Under the pieces are notes generated by a model that was not told the origin of the DNA, did no database searches, and saw only the letters and a list, made by a program, of their open reading frames with translations. A stretch of DNA of 64,000 nucleotides, taken from positions 32,001 through 96,000 of the forward strand of contig CAVRDX010000004.1 of the NCBI GenBank assembly GCA_963719945.1, written 5' to 3'. The stretch is from an uncultured Thermoplasmata archaeon (lineage in GTDB: Archaea > Thermoplasmatota > Thermoplasmata > UBA10834). Of this stretch, positions 38,140 through 48,538 are shown in pieces. How positions within the stretch are numbered: position 1 is the first letter of the stretch; each line of letters starts with the position of its first letter. Made by a program: the position numbers and the translations under genes.

Positions 38140-39396
38140 CTACATCACCTCTCGTGGATCAGTTATCATTCCCCTGATCGCGGTCGCCGCAGCTGTCTCT
38201 GGAGAAGAGAGGTAGATGCTGACGTCCCTGTTGTTGCCCATCCGTCCTTTGAAGTTCCGATTCGCGGTCGATAGGACTGTTTCGCCATCAGAGGGTATGC
38301 CAGCATGTGTGCCTACGCAAGGTCCACATCCCGGAGAGACTATGACTGCGCCTGATTTGACCAATTGATGAATTACGCCAGCTTCGATAGCTTTCAGCAA
38401 TATCAGTCTCGAGGCAGGAGCGACGATCAATCGCACTCCCTTCTTCACTGTCCTGTCCTTCAGAATCTTCGCGGCAGCCTCCAGGTCGTTTAATCGCCCA
38501 TTTGTACATGTCCCGATGAAGACCTGATGAACTGGAACATCTGCGAGCTCTGATACGGGGCACACATTATCCACACTGTGTGGCCTCGCAACCACAGGGA
38601 CGATGTCGTCCGCGGAGAAAACCATCTCCCCCTCGACTCGCGCATCCGGATCGCAAGACAAACCGTGTTCTGCAGGGATTCCATGTTCAGAGAACCATTT
38701 GGCGGTGGTAGAGTCGAACTCGAACGGACAGAACTTGGCCCCCATCTCGACGGCCATATTGGCGATGGTCATCCTGCCATCCATGTGCATGGAATCTATC
38801 GCGGAGCCTTTGAACTCAAGGGACTTGTACGTCGCACCATCCGCCGTGAGCTTTCCGATGATGGTCAGTATGAGATCCTTTGCCCCCGTCATCCGACAGA
38901 GTTCCCCATCCACTCGAAGCACCATCGTCTCAGGGACCTTGAACCAGAGTTTGCCTGTGTAAGCAGCGGCAGCGACATCAGCCGATCCGAGCCCAGTTGA
39001 GCAGGCGTTCAATGCACCATAGGTGCATGTGTGAGAATCCGCCCCGACCACGAGGTTTCCCGGGAGCACCTTCCCACGCTCCAGAACAATCTGGTGACAG
39101 ACTCCCTCCCCTATGTCATGCAGAGGGATCGAATGAGAATCCGCAAAGCTACGGATGGCTTTGTGTATCACAGAGACATCCGCTGATGGACATGGTGAAT
39201 TGTGATCTATCACCATGGCCATGCCATGCTTCGTCTTTGGAGAAACGAATCCCATCGAATCGAGCTCCCTCATCATCATCGACGATGTCCCGTCCTGGGA
39301 CATGCAGAAGTCGACGTCCGCGACCACTATATCCCCTGGGCGGCAGTCCGATCCAGAGTGCGATGATAGTACCTTTTCTGCAATGGTCTTTCCCAT
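38140..39396 (-). CDS. LeuC/HacA-type dehydratase large subunit (probably an aconitase subunit)
   Basis: DH, GVCHQ, GADSHTCTYG, IGTCTNGR, PGCGPC, NRNFKGRMG. Confidence 0.92.
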   Translation of the reverse strand: MGKTIAEKVLSSHSGSDCRPGDIVVADVDFCMSQDGTSSMMMRELDSMGFVSPKTKHGMAMVIDHNSPCPSADVSVIHKAIRSFADSHSIPLHDIGEGVCHQIVLERGKVLPGNLVVGADSHTCTYGALNACSTGLGSADVAAAAYTGKLWFKVPETMVLRVDGELCRMTGAKDLILTIIGKLTADGATYKSLEFKGSAIDSMHMDGRMTIANMAVEMGAKFCPFEFDSTTAKWFSEHGIPAEHGLSCDPDARVEGEMVFSADDIVPVVARPHSVDNVCPVSELADVPVHQVFIGTCTNGRLNDLEAAAKILKDRTVKKGVRLIVAPASRLILLKAIEAGVIHQLVKSGAVIVSPGCGPCVGTHAGIPSDGETVLSTANRNFKGRMGNNRDVSIYLSSPETAAATAIRGMITDPREVM

Positions 39397-39413
39397 GTAT
39401 CATCACACTCCTA

Positions 39414-40727
39414 TCAGTGTTTCCACTCGATGTTCGCATCGACCGCAGCAATTCGCTTCTCAATGTCGGCACCAGTATACTCCTTGGATGCGTCACCCTC
39501 CACGATGTTTCTGTAGATCGCGATCAGTTCGGAATCGGTAAGGTTGTCTTTCTTGCGTTCCCCTACCCGATTGACCTCGATCCGAATCCTTTCCACTACA
39601 TCTGCAGAAGCCTCCAGCTCGAGCAGTTTGAGCTTGTGTTTGATGGACGCACTGCCAGAGTGTTTGCCTATGACGATCTGCCTCGAGAGTCCGAGGATTG
39701 ATGGATCGAATGACTCGTAGAGGTGAGGGTCCTTCAGAATGCCATCGACGTGTATCCCGGACTTGTGGGTGAACATGTTTCCACCCACGATCGGATAGTT
39801 CAGCGGGATGCGGAGTCCGCTGGCGTGCTCGACGCCCTTGCAGAGAGGTACTATGTGTTCCACATTGTACTTCGCCAGGCCGTAGTGTGCTCTCAGATTC
39901 ATCACCAGCACCTCAAGTGGAACGTTTCCCGCCCGCTCACCCAGACCATTGATAGTTGTCGATATCCATATCCGACGACCATCGAAAGCAGAAGACGCTT
40001 CACATGCTGAGAGTGCATTCGCGACGGCAAGTCCGAAATCGTTGTGAGCGTGGAATTCCAGGTCGATATTCACGCGTGACATGAGAGAATGGACGAGCCT
40101 TGCGGAAGTCGAAGGTGTCAGAATGCCGATTGTATCGCATATTCTGAACCGATCGGCACCCGCTTCCAGTCCCGCCTTTGCAAATTCGATGAGATAACTC
40201 TCATCCGTCCTCGTAGCATCTCCAGCATTGAAACAGACGTATACTCCATGATCCTTCGCGAACTCGATGCAATCGACCAGACGAGAGAGCTGCTGCTCCC
40301 TTGTGATCTTGAGCTTAGTCGATAGAGAGATGTCGGAAGTATCCGTAGATATGGAGACAGCGTCGACATCATGGCTGATGGAATCGGAGATATCAGCCTT
40401 GACGAGCCTGTTCCAGCCCATTATCGATATGTTTCCCATCTTTGACCGGAGCTGTTTCGCACATTTCCTGTCGCTGTCATTGTAGGTCGCAAATGTCTCG
40501 ATCTGTTCGATCCCCATCTGCTCCAACCCACTGGCGATCATCAACTTGTCAGCACTGGTGAATGCGACTCCTGGCATCTGTTCTCCGTCGCGGCAAGTAG
40601 TGTCAACGATACGCACTTCTCCAAGACTAGGTCTCCCTGAGGCAACAGAATTCATTCCGACGTGCATTCCATCATTCCCACAGGAGCCATGGCTCGATCC
40701 AACGGTCGTTCTGTCTTTCGCGTTCAT
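39414..40727 (-). CDS. DRE-TIM acyltransferase, homocitrate synthase / Re-citrate synthase-like
   Basis: DTTCRDGEQ, HAHNDFG.A.AN, NGLGERAGN, HKSGIH.DG, GKHSG. No LeuA regulatory domain. RBS GAGGTGA before ATG 40727. Confidence 0.88.
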   Translation of the reverse strand: MNAKDRTTVGSSHGSCGNDGMHVGMNSVASGRPSLGEVRIVDTTCRDGEQMPGVAFTSADKLMIASGLEQMGIEQIETFATYNDSDRKCAKQLRSKMGNISIMGWNRLVKADISDSISHDVDAVSISTDTSDISLSTKLKITREQQLSRLVDCIEFAKDHGVYVCFNAGDATRTDESYLIEFAKAGLEAGADRFRICDTIGILTPSTSARLVHSLMSRVNIDLEFHAHNDFGLAVANALSACEASSAFDGRRIWISTTINGLGERAGNVPLEVLVMNLRAHYGLAKYNVEHIVPLCKGVEHASGLRIPLNYPIVGGNMFTHKSGIHVDGILKDPHLYESFDPSILGLSRQIVIGKHSGSASIKHKLKLLELEASADVVERIRIEVNRVGERKKDNLTDSELIAIYRNIVEGDASKEYTGADIEKRIAAVDANIEWKH

Positions 40728-40875
40728 ATAGATCACCTCGATTCGACAACGCAGGTCGACCACCCCACTATGTCAGCGGTTCCGTCCTGGATAAGGACCA
40801 AACAGCCTCAGGGGTGGCTGGTTGCGTCACAGGAAAGTGTTCGTTCCTGTGATTACCATTATGCCCATTAATTAT

Positions 40876-40898
40876 GCGATATATAGACTATATGTCGC
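40876..40898. promoter_or_regulatory. Near-perfect 23-bp palindrome over the TATA-like element of the synthase-aconitase-icd operon
   Basis: GCGATATATAG-A-CTATATGTCGC (one mismatch). Confidence 0.5.
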
Positions 40899-41051
40899 GA
40901 TTATGACTTTCATAAACGGCATTTGCCCTCTTTTACATCAATATAGTGTTCATATGAATTCAAACATTGCTCGAATTCGGATGCGGGCTTCCGCTATCGA
41001 CAAGAAAAAGGATGATCGAGTGCACGAACTGCAATCGCTCAGATTGACGGC

Positions 41052-42332
41052 TTATCGCCTGGAGAAGATCTCCTTGCCTGGGAATCTGGCCCTCGAACCA
41101 AGTTCCTCCTCTATCCTCAAGAGTCTGTTGTATTTCGCAGTCCTCTCGCCCCTTGAAGGGGCGCCGGTCTTGATCTGGCCAGCGTTTGTGGCGACGCTTA
41201 TGTCACTGATAGTGGTGTCCTCTGTCTCGCCGGATCTGTGCGAGACGACACAATTGTAATCTGATTTTGACGCGAACCTCATAGTCTCGAGTGTCTCTGT
41301 CAGAGTCCCAATCTGATTGACCTTTATCAGAATGGCGTTCGCAATTCCTTCAGCAACACCTTGTTCGAGTATCTTCTTGTTCGTGACGAACACATCGTCG
41401 CCGACAAGCTGGACTCTGCGTCCGAGCCGCTTCGTTATCGTCTTCCAGCCAATCCAATCATCTTCAGACATAGGATCTTCTATTGACACCACAGGGAAGG
41501 ATTTGCAGAGGTCTGCGTACAGATCGACCATCTCCTCCGGGGACAACTGCTCCATCGTGCTCTTCTTGAAAACGTACTTCGAGCCATCGTAGAATTCGCT
41601 GGCAGCCGGATCCATTGCAAGAAATACATTTCGCCCTGGCTTGAGGCCGACTGATTCTGCAGCTTCGACAATCAAGGACAGTGCCTGTTCATTGGAGCCC
41701 AGCTTCGGGGCGAACCCACCTTCGTCTCCGACCGCCGTGCTCAGCTGTTGCTTGCGGAGCAGGCTTTTGAGTGCGTGGAATATCTCGGTCCCCTGTCTAA
41801 GGGACTCTCTGAAGGTCTTGCCGAGCGGGACGACCATGAATTCCTGGAAATCGAGGTTGTTGTCCGCATGTGCCCCACCGTTCAGAATGTTCATCATGGG
41901 AACTGGCAGCGTCTTTGCTTTCACACCGCCGATGTAGCGATAGAGTGGGATTCCGGCATCCGCAGCTGCGGAATGAGCTGCAGCGAGAGATACGCCCAGA
42001 ATGGCATTTGCTCCGAGTTTGGATTTGTTCTCGGTTCCGTCAAGGGAGAGCAGCAGCCCGTCGATGCCCTCCTGGTCACACGGGTCCTTGCCTTTCAACT
42101 TGGGTGCGATCACCTTGTTCACATTATTGACCGCTTTCTGTACACCTTTGCCCATGAAACGCGCCTTGTCCCCGTCCCTCAGCTCGACGGCTTCGCGCAC
42201 ACCGGTCGAGGCGCCTGATGGCACAGCGGCCCGTCCGATCCTGTTACTGGAGAGAATCACGTCGACTTCGACCGTGGGATTGCCTCTGGAATCGAGTATC
42301 TCTCTGGCCTTTACAGACTTGATATTAGACAT
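41052..42332 (-). CDS. eno: Enolase
   Basis: [43 protein letters not shown]. Start trimmed to ATG 42332. Confidence 0.97.
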   Translation of the reverse strand: MSNIKSVKAREILDSRGNPTVEVDVILSSNRIGRAAVPSGASTGVREAVELRDGDKARFMGKGVQKAVNNVNKVIAPKLKGKDPCDQEGIDGLLLSLDGTENKSKLGANAILGVSLAAAHSAAADAGIPLYRYIGGVKAKTLPVPMMNILNGGAHADNNLDFQEFMVVPLGKTFRESLRQGTEIFHALKSLLRKQQLSTAVGDEGGFAPKLGSNEQALSLIVEAAESVGLKPGRNVFLAMDPAASEFYDGSKYVFKKSTMEQLSPEEMVDLYADLCKSFPVVSIEDPMSEDDWIGWKTITKRLGRRVQLVGDDVFVTNKKILEQGVAEGIANAILIKVNQIGTLTETLETMRFASKSDYNCVVSHRSGETEDTTISDISVATNAGQIKTGAPSRGERTAKYNRLLRIEEELGSRARFPGKEIFSRR

Positions 42333-42507
42333 CGTTATCGTGAGGAGGTTAAGAGGTGTCCATGATAAAAACGATTGCAGGAGAGGGCAAATAGGCGATG
42401 CCAGGCACCCTGATTGGGTCAATCAACTCGAAAAACATGAATGGCCCGGGAGACAGGAGGCTTTTCTCCTCCCGGGAAATGGATTAATAAGAGGTTTCTT
42501 CGTCAAT

Positions 42508-43812
42508 CTAGGCCGAATCGTCGACGTATACCATCGAGAACTCGAACAGGAACTCGTCCCAGAGCGTATTGTCCACAAGGTCGAGATTGCTGGTCAGGTA
42601 GTTCTCATACAGCTTGTCCCACGAGCATGTGAAGTAGATCGACATGCCGTATGTGTTGAGGGCACCGCCGTAGTCGGAAGTGACCGAGCTCACATGAACG
42701 ATCGCCTCATCGAGCAGATCGAAGGTCGTATTACAGAGATCGGACAGTTCCGGGATCTTATCGGCCAGGAGCGTCACATACCAGCTGATGTCGATGAATG
42801 GGAACTGCTCGCCCATGAACTGGAGCTGTGGTGTCTGTGATTCCGAAGACTCGATGGCGCCTCTCAGATAGTAGTCGTCCGCGAGGTCATAGAGCGCTTT
42901 GGCCAACGGATCTATACCATTGATCACCAGGTCATTCATCTTCGACAGGTCGAACACTGACGCGCTGACATATGCGAAACCGGCGATGCCGCTTCCGGCG
43001 CAGATCTCGTAAGATGTGATATATGCGTCGACTGTCGCTATTGCGACCGCCTCTGCAGTCTTCTCATCGAGAGCCTGGATCGAGTTCAGCAATCCAGTGT
43101 AATCCCAGCCGAAGCCAGGCACTGTTGTGATCGATGCGACCATGTAATCCGCGATATTCCTGTTCTCGTATGCTACCTCGACCATTCCCATGAAGCATGC
43201 GTCGTATCCGATGATGTCAAGATGCACGCCAGATGCCGCGACAGCGTTGGCGACCTCGTCCATGGTCAACCGGTCTTTGTAACCAGCGTCAGATACGGAG
43301 GTATCGTCATAGCAGACGCCCCACCAGCCACCGCCGTGGTCCCAGAGGTCGAGCATGTAATGATCGGCAGGTGAATACGCGACGGCCGTCTCAAGGAAGT
43401 ATGTGAGAGTTGCGGGATCGCCCATGTTGAGCTCAATCGGGCATCCGCCAGCAATCGCTATGCAATCGCAGTCATTTATCCCTTCCTCGATGTTGACATG
43501 GTCGATGCCAGCTTCGATGAAGTACCAGTGTGTGTTCTCGAGAGCGTCGAATGTGTCCATCAAGACAATCACGTTGACATCTCCGATCGAGCCGACGGCT
43601 TCCATCTCAGCGAGATCGTTCAGCGCGTCTGGCTGGAGATTGTTGTCGCCATCCAAATAGACCATGATGGTCCAATCGGCCACATCATCTGATTTTTCAC
43701 CCATCAATTTGTTCAAATGGTCAGGTTGTGCCAGCCCAACCACGCTCGCCATTGACATGGCGGCTACCAGCATAATCATAGATACAGCTATTCCAGATAT
43801 TCTCTTTCCCAA
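42508..43812 (-). CDS. Secreted clostripain-family (C11) cysteine peptidase
   Basis: Signal peptide, WTIMVYLDGDNNL, NMGDP.TL, catalytic WDHGGGW and YDACFMG. Likely TTG start at 43812. Confidence 0.92.
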   Translation of the reverse strand: MGKRISGIAVSMIMLVAAMSMASVVGLAQPDHLNKLMGEKSDDVADWTIMVYLDGDNNLQPDALNDLAEMEAVGSIGDVNVIVLMDTFDALENTHWYFIEAGIDHVNIEEGINDCDCIAIAGGCPIELNMGDPATLTYFLETAVAYSPADHYMLDLWDHGGGWWGVCYDDTSVSDAGYKDRLTMDEVANAVAASGVHLDIIGYDACFMGMVEVAYENRNIADYMVASITTVPGFGWDYTGLLNSIQALDEKTAEAVAIATVDAYITSYEICAGSGIAGFAYVSASVFDLSKMNDLVINGIDPLAKALYDLADDYYLRGAIESSESQTPQLQFMGEQFPFIDISWYVTLLADKIPELSDLCNTTFDLLDEAIVHVSSVTSDYGGALNTYGMSIYFTCSWDKLYENYLTSNLDLVDNTLWDEFLFEFSMVYVDDSA

Positions 43813-44047
43813 GGTTTTCCCCCCTCGTTGGCCGCAAATCGAGAGTATCGCTAGATAGCCGTTTTGGTACAAGAATAGAACTATACTGACGAACCGAAGA
43901 GTATACATACGGATTAGAGACGCAAAGGTGATTCATCCGAAGGGGTGAATTTCACATGAGTGAAGCATTATCTAGAGCGAAAAAGGGGACATTCATCTAT
44001 CTCAGGCGGAAGGTTTTATACCTCGGATGCAGACTGAGTCAGAGTAG

Positions 44048-46792
44048 ATGAACGTCTTCCAGAAGCTGGATAGGAGGATATTGGATCTTCTCGCGGATCG
44101 AGGGATCCTCGAGCCTACTGAACCGCAGGCGAAAGCCATACCTCCGATCCTTGCGGGGGAGCACGTGTTGTTGGTCGCCCCTACAGGCATAGGCAAGACC
44201 GAGGCGGCGATGCTCCCCATACTGCACTTGCTCAGCAAGGGCAAGAGAGAGGGCATACGGTGCATCTACGTGACTCCCCTCAGGGCTCTGAACCGAGACC
44301 TATTGAAGCGCCTGGAAGAGATAGGCGATTCCGTAGAACTCAAGGTCGCTGTAAGGCACGGCGACACACCGCAATCTGAACGGACGGCGCAATCGAAGAA
44401 TCCTCCAGATATCCTGATAACCACACCTGAGACGCTCCAGATAATGTTCACTGGCCGCAACCTGCGAAGACATCTGAGCGGTGTGAAGCATGTCATAATC
44501 GATGAGATACACGAACTCGCGGAGGACGAGAGAGGAGCTCAACTTTCGGTTGCCCTGGAGAGGCTCACGAATCTCGCGGGGGAGTTCCAGCGCATCGGCC
44601 TTTCGGCGACTGTGGGCTCCGTGGAAGAGATATCAGCGTACCTTGCTGGAGAGGGGAGGACCGTCACCTCTCTCAGGATCTCGGCCATGAAGGATATGAG
44701 AATATCCGTCGAGAGTCCAGCCGTGGAGGACACCGACAAATCGTTGGCGGACCGGCTTCAGACTGACCAGAAACATGTGGCTTGCATGAAGAGGAGCAGA
44801 CAACTGGTCGAGGAGAACACGTCCACTCTCTTCTTCGTGAACACAAGAGACTACGCAGAGGCGCTAGGAGTCAGGTATCACCTTTGGGACGAGTCGTTCA
44901 GTGTGGGTGTTCATCACGGGTCCCTGTCCAAAGACATTCGAGTGCAGATGGAGGACGATTTCAAATCGCAGAAGCTCAAGGCATTGATATGCACCTCGTC
45001 GCTCGAACTCGGGATAGACGTTGGCTCGGCTGATTTCACACTCCAGTTCAACTCTCCGAGACAGGTCACGAGGTTGATCCAGAGAGTCGGGCGGTCTGGA
45101 CACCGACACGATGCTGTCTCATTTGGCAAGATCATAACGACGACGCCTTCGGAGACTGCCGAGAGCATGGTGATAGCAAGGAAGGCGATGGTGGAGGAAC
45201 TCGAAAGCTACCGGATAAGGCAGAATCCGCTCAGCGTCCTTGCCAATCAACTCGTCGCAATGACCATGACGGAGCCGAAGGTGGACAAGGAATGGGCTTA
45301 CGCGACCGTCCGAAGAGCCCACCCATTCAGGAACCTCATCAGAAAGGATTTTGACGAGGTGCTGCGACTGTTGGGAGAGCTGCACATCGTCTGGAATGAT
45401 GAAGACCAATTCCGCCGCAAGACCACAGGGATGAAGCATTTCTTCGACAACATCTCAATGATACCGGACGAACGCACCTACAAGATCAGAGACGTATCCT
45501 CGAGAGGTATCATCGGAACCCTCGATGAGAGTTTCGTGGCCAGTTACGCTGAACCATATGCCACATTCGTCGCGAGGGGAAGGACTTGGAGGGTGGTGGA
45601 GGTCGGTGAGGATGAAGTCATCGTGGAGCAGATCAACGAGATCGGAGCGACCCCGTCCTGGATAGGCGAAGAGATACCGGTCCCGTATGAGATCGCGCAA
45701 GAGGTCGGTGCCATGCGACGGCTCCTGCCTATGGACATATATCCAGCAGACGAGACGACCAAGAAGGAGATCACAGAATGGGTGTCTGGTCAGAATGGCC
45801 ATGCCGTCCCGACCGATAAATTGATCACGATCGAGCAGGGAGACGGCGTCATAGTCATAAACTGCTGCTTCGGCACCAGGGTCAATGAGACCATTGCGAA
45901 GCTGATCACAACCTTGCTCGCGGCGAGGTTCGGTGAGAGCATCGGGGTGAACACTGAGCCATATTCCATCTTGCTCGAGACGCCGAGGGGGCTGCGGGTC
46001 AGCGACGTGGTTCGAGTGATCAAGGAGACCGACGTATCGACCCTGCACCAGCTTATGAGGTTGATCGTCAGGAACTCTTCCGACCTGCGCTGGCAGTTCG
46101 TGCATGTAGCCAAGAAATTCGGCGCTGTTCGAAAGGACGCAGACTACAAGATGCTCAATGTCTCGAAGCTGGTCGATGTGTTCGAATACTCGCCGATCTT
46201 CGAGGAGGCGGTCGCCAAGACCCTGTGGGAGAACATGGACGTCGAAACCACGGCGACCGTGCTCAAGCGGATCCAAGAAGGGACGATAGAGCTAGTCATC
46301 GGCAAACTGTCTCCGATGGGGCTAGAAGCCATAGGCGAGAGAAGGCAGATAGTCCAGCCGCAGAGAGCGGACAAGACCGTGCTGATCGCACTGAGGGACC
46401 GATTGCAGGCCGAGGATATCGTGATGGTCTGCATGAATTGTAGGAGTCAGAGGAGGGGAAAGGTCGCAAACCTTCCGGAAAGGATCTCTTGCAGCAAATG
46501 CGGTGGGGTTGTCATAGCTGCGATCCAGCCATACGCGAAGAAGGACTTGGAAATACTCAAGAAAGGGATAGCGAGCGAAGAGGACAACAAGACACTGAAG
46601 AGGATATACAAGAACGCCAACTTGGTCACGGCTCATGGGAAGAAAGCTGTGATTGCCCTCGTAGGAAGGGGGGTGGGTGCGGACACCGCCGCGAGGATAC
46701 TCGCCCGGTATCACTTAGAGGAGTATGAATTCCTAAGAGATCTCCTGGCAGCGGAGATAAACTATGCCAGGACTAAGAGGTTCTGGGACTAG
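44048..46792 (+). CDS. lhr: Lhr-family DEAD/DEAH helicase with C-terminal Cys-rich motif
   Basis: APTGIGKT, DEIHE, LSAT, HHGSLS, LELGIDVG, QRVGRSGH; CMNC..CSKC. Confidence 0.92.
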   Translation: MNVFQKLDRRILDLLADRGILEPTEPQAKAIPPILAGEHVLLVAPTGIGKTEAAMLPILHLLSKGKREGIRCIYVTPLRALNRDLLKRLEEIGDSVELKVAVRHGDTPQSERTAQSKNPPDILITTPETLQIMFTGRNLRRHLSGVKHVIIDEIHELAEDERGAQLSVALERLTNLAGEFQRIGLSATVGSVEEISAYLAGEGRTVTSLRISAMKDMRISVESPAVEDTDKSLADRLQTDQKHVACMKRSRQLVEENTSTLFFVNTRDYAEALGVRYHLWDESFSVGVHHGSLSKDIRVQMEDDFKSQKLKALICTSSLELGIDVGSADFTLQFNSPRQVTRLIQRVGRSGHRHDAVSFGKIITTTPSETAESMVIARKAMVEELESYRIRQNPLSVLANQLVAMTMTEPKVDKEWAYATVRRAHPFRNLIRKDFDEVLRLLGELHIVWNDEDQFRRKTTGMKHFFDNISMIPDERTYKIRDVSSRGIIGTLDESFVASYAEPYATFVARGRTWRVVEVGEDEVIVEQINEIGATPSWIGEEIPVPYEIAQEVGAMRRLLPMDIYPADETTKKEITEWVSGQNGHAVPTDKLITIEQGDGVIVINCCFGTRVNETIAKLITTLLAARFGESIGVNTEPYSILLETPRGLRVSDVVRVIKETDVSTLHQLMRLIVRNSSDLRWQFVHVAKKFGAVRKDADYKMLNVSKLVDVFEYSPIFEEAVAKTLWENMDVETTATVLKRIQEGTIELVIGKLSPMGLEAIGERRQIVQPQRADKTVLIALRDRLQAEDIVMVCMNCRSQRRGKVANLPERISCSKCGGVVIAAIQPYAKKDLEILKKGIASEEDNKTLKRIYKNANLVTAHGKKAVIALVGRGVGADTAARILARYHLEEYEFLRDLLAAEINYARTKRFWD

Positions 46793-47411
46793 ACCGCGGC
46801 TTCTTGAAGCCAAGGCCGATCACATACACCTCTGAACTCGACTTCCTAGAAGCTTTTGGATGATGCACGCTCACTTCCTTAAACGAGCGTTTCACGGACG
46901 CGATATAATCCTTGCTCAAATCCCCGAAGAACATCTTCGCCACAAAATTGCCTTTCGGCTTAAGCACCGAGGAAGCGAACTTGAGAGCGTGCTCGCATAG
47001 TTCGATCGAACGGGCGTGGTCGTAGGAATAGTTGCCACTTATGTTCGGTGCCATGTCAGATATCACGACATCCGCACCATCTGGTATGAGTTCGAGAAGG
47101 CTAGCGACAATATCGGCATCCCGAATGTCCCCTCGTATGAATGTGACTCCGTCAATCGGTGCAAATCGGTCCAGATCCAGAGCGAACACTTTCGACCCTT
47201 CGCCTGCAATCTCGACCGCCACCTGAGACCACCCTCCAGGAGAAGCCCCGAGATCTACCACCGTGTCACCCAGGTGGATCATACCGAAGCGTTCGTTCAG
47301 CTGCTGAAGCTTGTAGGACGCTCTGCTCCTGTATTGCTCCTGCTTGGCCTTGCGGTAGTAATAATCCCTCTTCCGCTGGGCCCGCCATTGCTTCGTCACG
47401 ACACTCCCCAT
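46773..47411 (-). CDS. rlmE: 23S rRNA Um2552 2'-O-methyltransferase (FtsJ/RrmJ)
   Basis: YRSRASYKL, DLGASPGGWSQ, SDMAPNISG, ASRKSSSEVY. Confidence 0.95.
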   Translation of the reverse strand: MGSVVTKQWRAQRKRDYYYRKAKQEQYRSRASYKLQQLNERFGMIHLGDTVVDLGASPGGWSQVAVEIAGEGSKVFALDLDRFAPIDGVTFIRGDIRDADIVASLLELIPDGADVVISDMAPNISGNYSYDHARSIELCEHALKFASSVLKPKGNFVAKMFFGDLSKDYIASVKRSFKEVSVHHPKASRKSSSEVYVIGLGFKKPRSSPRTS

Positions 47412-47494
47412 TCCATCAATCGGATTTATTGATTCCCACAGAGAAGGCAAAAAGTATAGATGTGGTATGCAATCGCCAATCAGAGGCGAACCCA

Positions 47495-48517
47495 GTGCCA
47501 AAAGGAATGACCTATGCGCAGGCTGGAGTCGATATAGACAGGAAATCGAGCAGCATAACCGCCCTTGTCAAGCACCTCAAGTACAAGAGAAAGGGCGTCG
47601 GGAAGCCTCTCGACCTTCCGGGCCATTTTGCAGGATTGATCGACCTCGGAGACAGAGCGCTCACGCTGTGCACGGATGGGGTCGGCACCAAGCTGCTCAT
47701 CGCAGACGCATTGAAGAAATGGGATACCATCGGAATCGATTGCATCGCGATGAACGTCAACGATACCATCTGCGTTGGCGCTGAACCGATTGCATTCGTG
47801 GACTACATAGCGATCGACCGACCAGACGAACGGGTCACCTCCGACGTGGGTAAGGGGTTGGAGGAGGGCGCGCGCATGTCCAACATGACCATAGTGGGCG
47901 GCGAAATAGCGGTCCTTCCAGAACTCGTGAAGGGGTTCGACCTTGCGGGGACATGCCTCGGGATCGTAGACAAGAAACGCATCATAACTGGCGCGGGGAT
48001 AAGACCTGGCGACGCGTTGATCGGACTGCCGAGTTCAGGCGTTCATTCGAATGGATTGACACTTGCCAGGAAGATAATCGAGAAGAACGGGATCGGATAT
48101 CGACAGAGAGTCAAGGGACTCACCAGACCAATCGGTCTTGAGCTCCTGGAACCGACAACGATCTATGTCAAACAGGTCCTGAAGATCATCGAGAAGCACC
48201 AGGTCAAAGGAATGGCCAACATAACCGGTGGCGGATTGAGGAACCTTTTGAGGTTGAAGAGCGGAGTAGGGTTCGAGATAACGGATCCGATCACTCCGAA
48301 TCCTGTGTTCGGGGTGCTGCAGAAGCTGGGGGAGGTAACTGACAAGGAGATGTATCAGACCTTCAACATGGGCATGGGATTCTGTCTTGTGGTAAGGAGA
48401 AAGGAAGCAGATGATGTCCTAAAGACTGCAGGCAGAGGCGCCAAGATCATCGGTCGTGTGACCAAGGGCACTGGCGTAACGGTTCCGGGATTGGGGCTGG
48501 AATATACCGTATATTGA
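47495..48517 (+). CDS. purM: Phosphoribosylformylglycinamidine cyclo-ligase (AIR synthetase)
   Basis: TYAQAGVDID, TDGVGTK, SSGVHSNG, TFNMGMG. Start GTG 47495 or ATG 47507. Confidence 0.96.
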   Translation: MPKGMTYAQAGVDIDRKSSSITALVKHLKYKRKGVGKPLDLPGHFAGLIDLGDRALTLCTDGVGTKLLIADALKKWDTIGIDCIAMNVNDTICVGAEPIAFVDYIAIDRPDERVTSDVGKGLEEGARMSNMTIVGGEIAVLPELVKGFDLAGTCLGIVDKKRIITGAGIRPGDALIGLPSSGVHSNGLTLARKIIEKNGIGYRQRVKGLTRPIGLELLEPTTIYVKQVLKIIEKHQVKGMANITGGGLRNLLRLKSGVGFEITDPITPNPVFGVLQKLGEVTDKEMYQTFNMGMGFCLVVRRKEADDVLKTAGRGAKIIGRVTKGTGVTVPGLGLEYTVY

Positions 48518-48538
48518 ACTGATCCGCCAATTCGACCA

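Noticed and set aside
47159-47506. Long N-terminal extensions of PurM, RlmE, enolase, OsmC and SSB in the ORF track
   Set aside because: They come from upstream alternative start codons that overlap neighbours or promoters; homology begins later.
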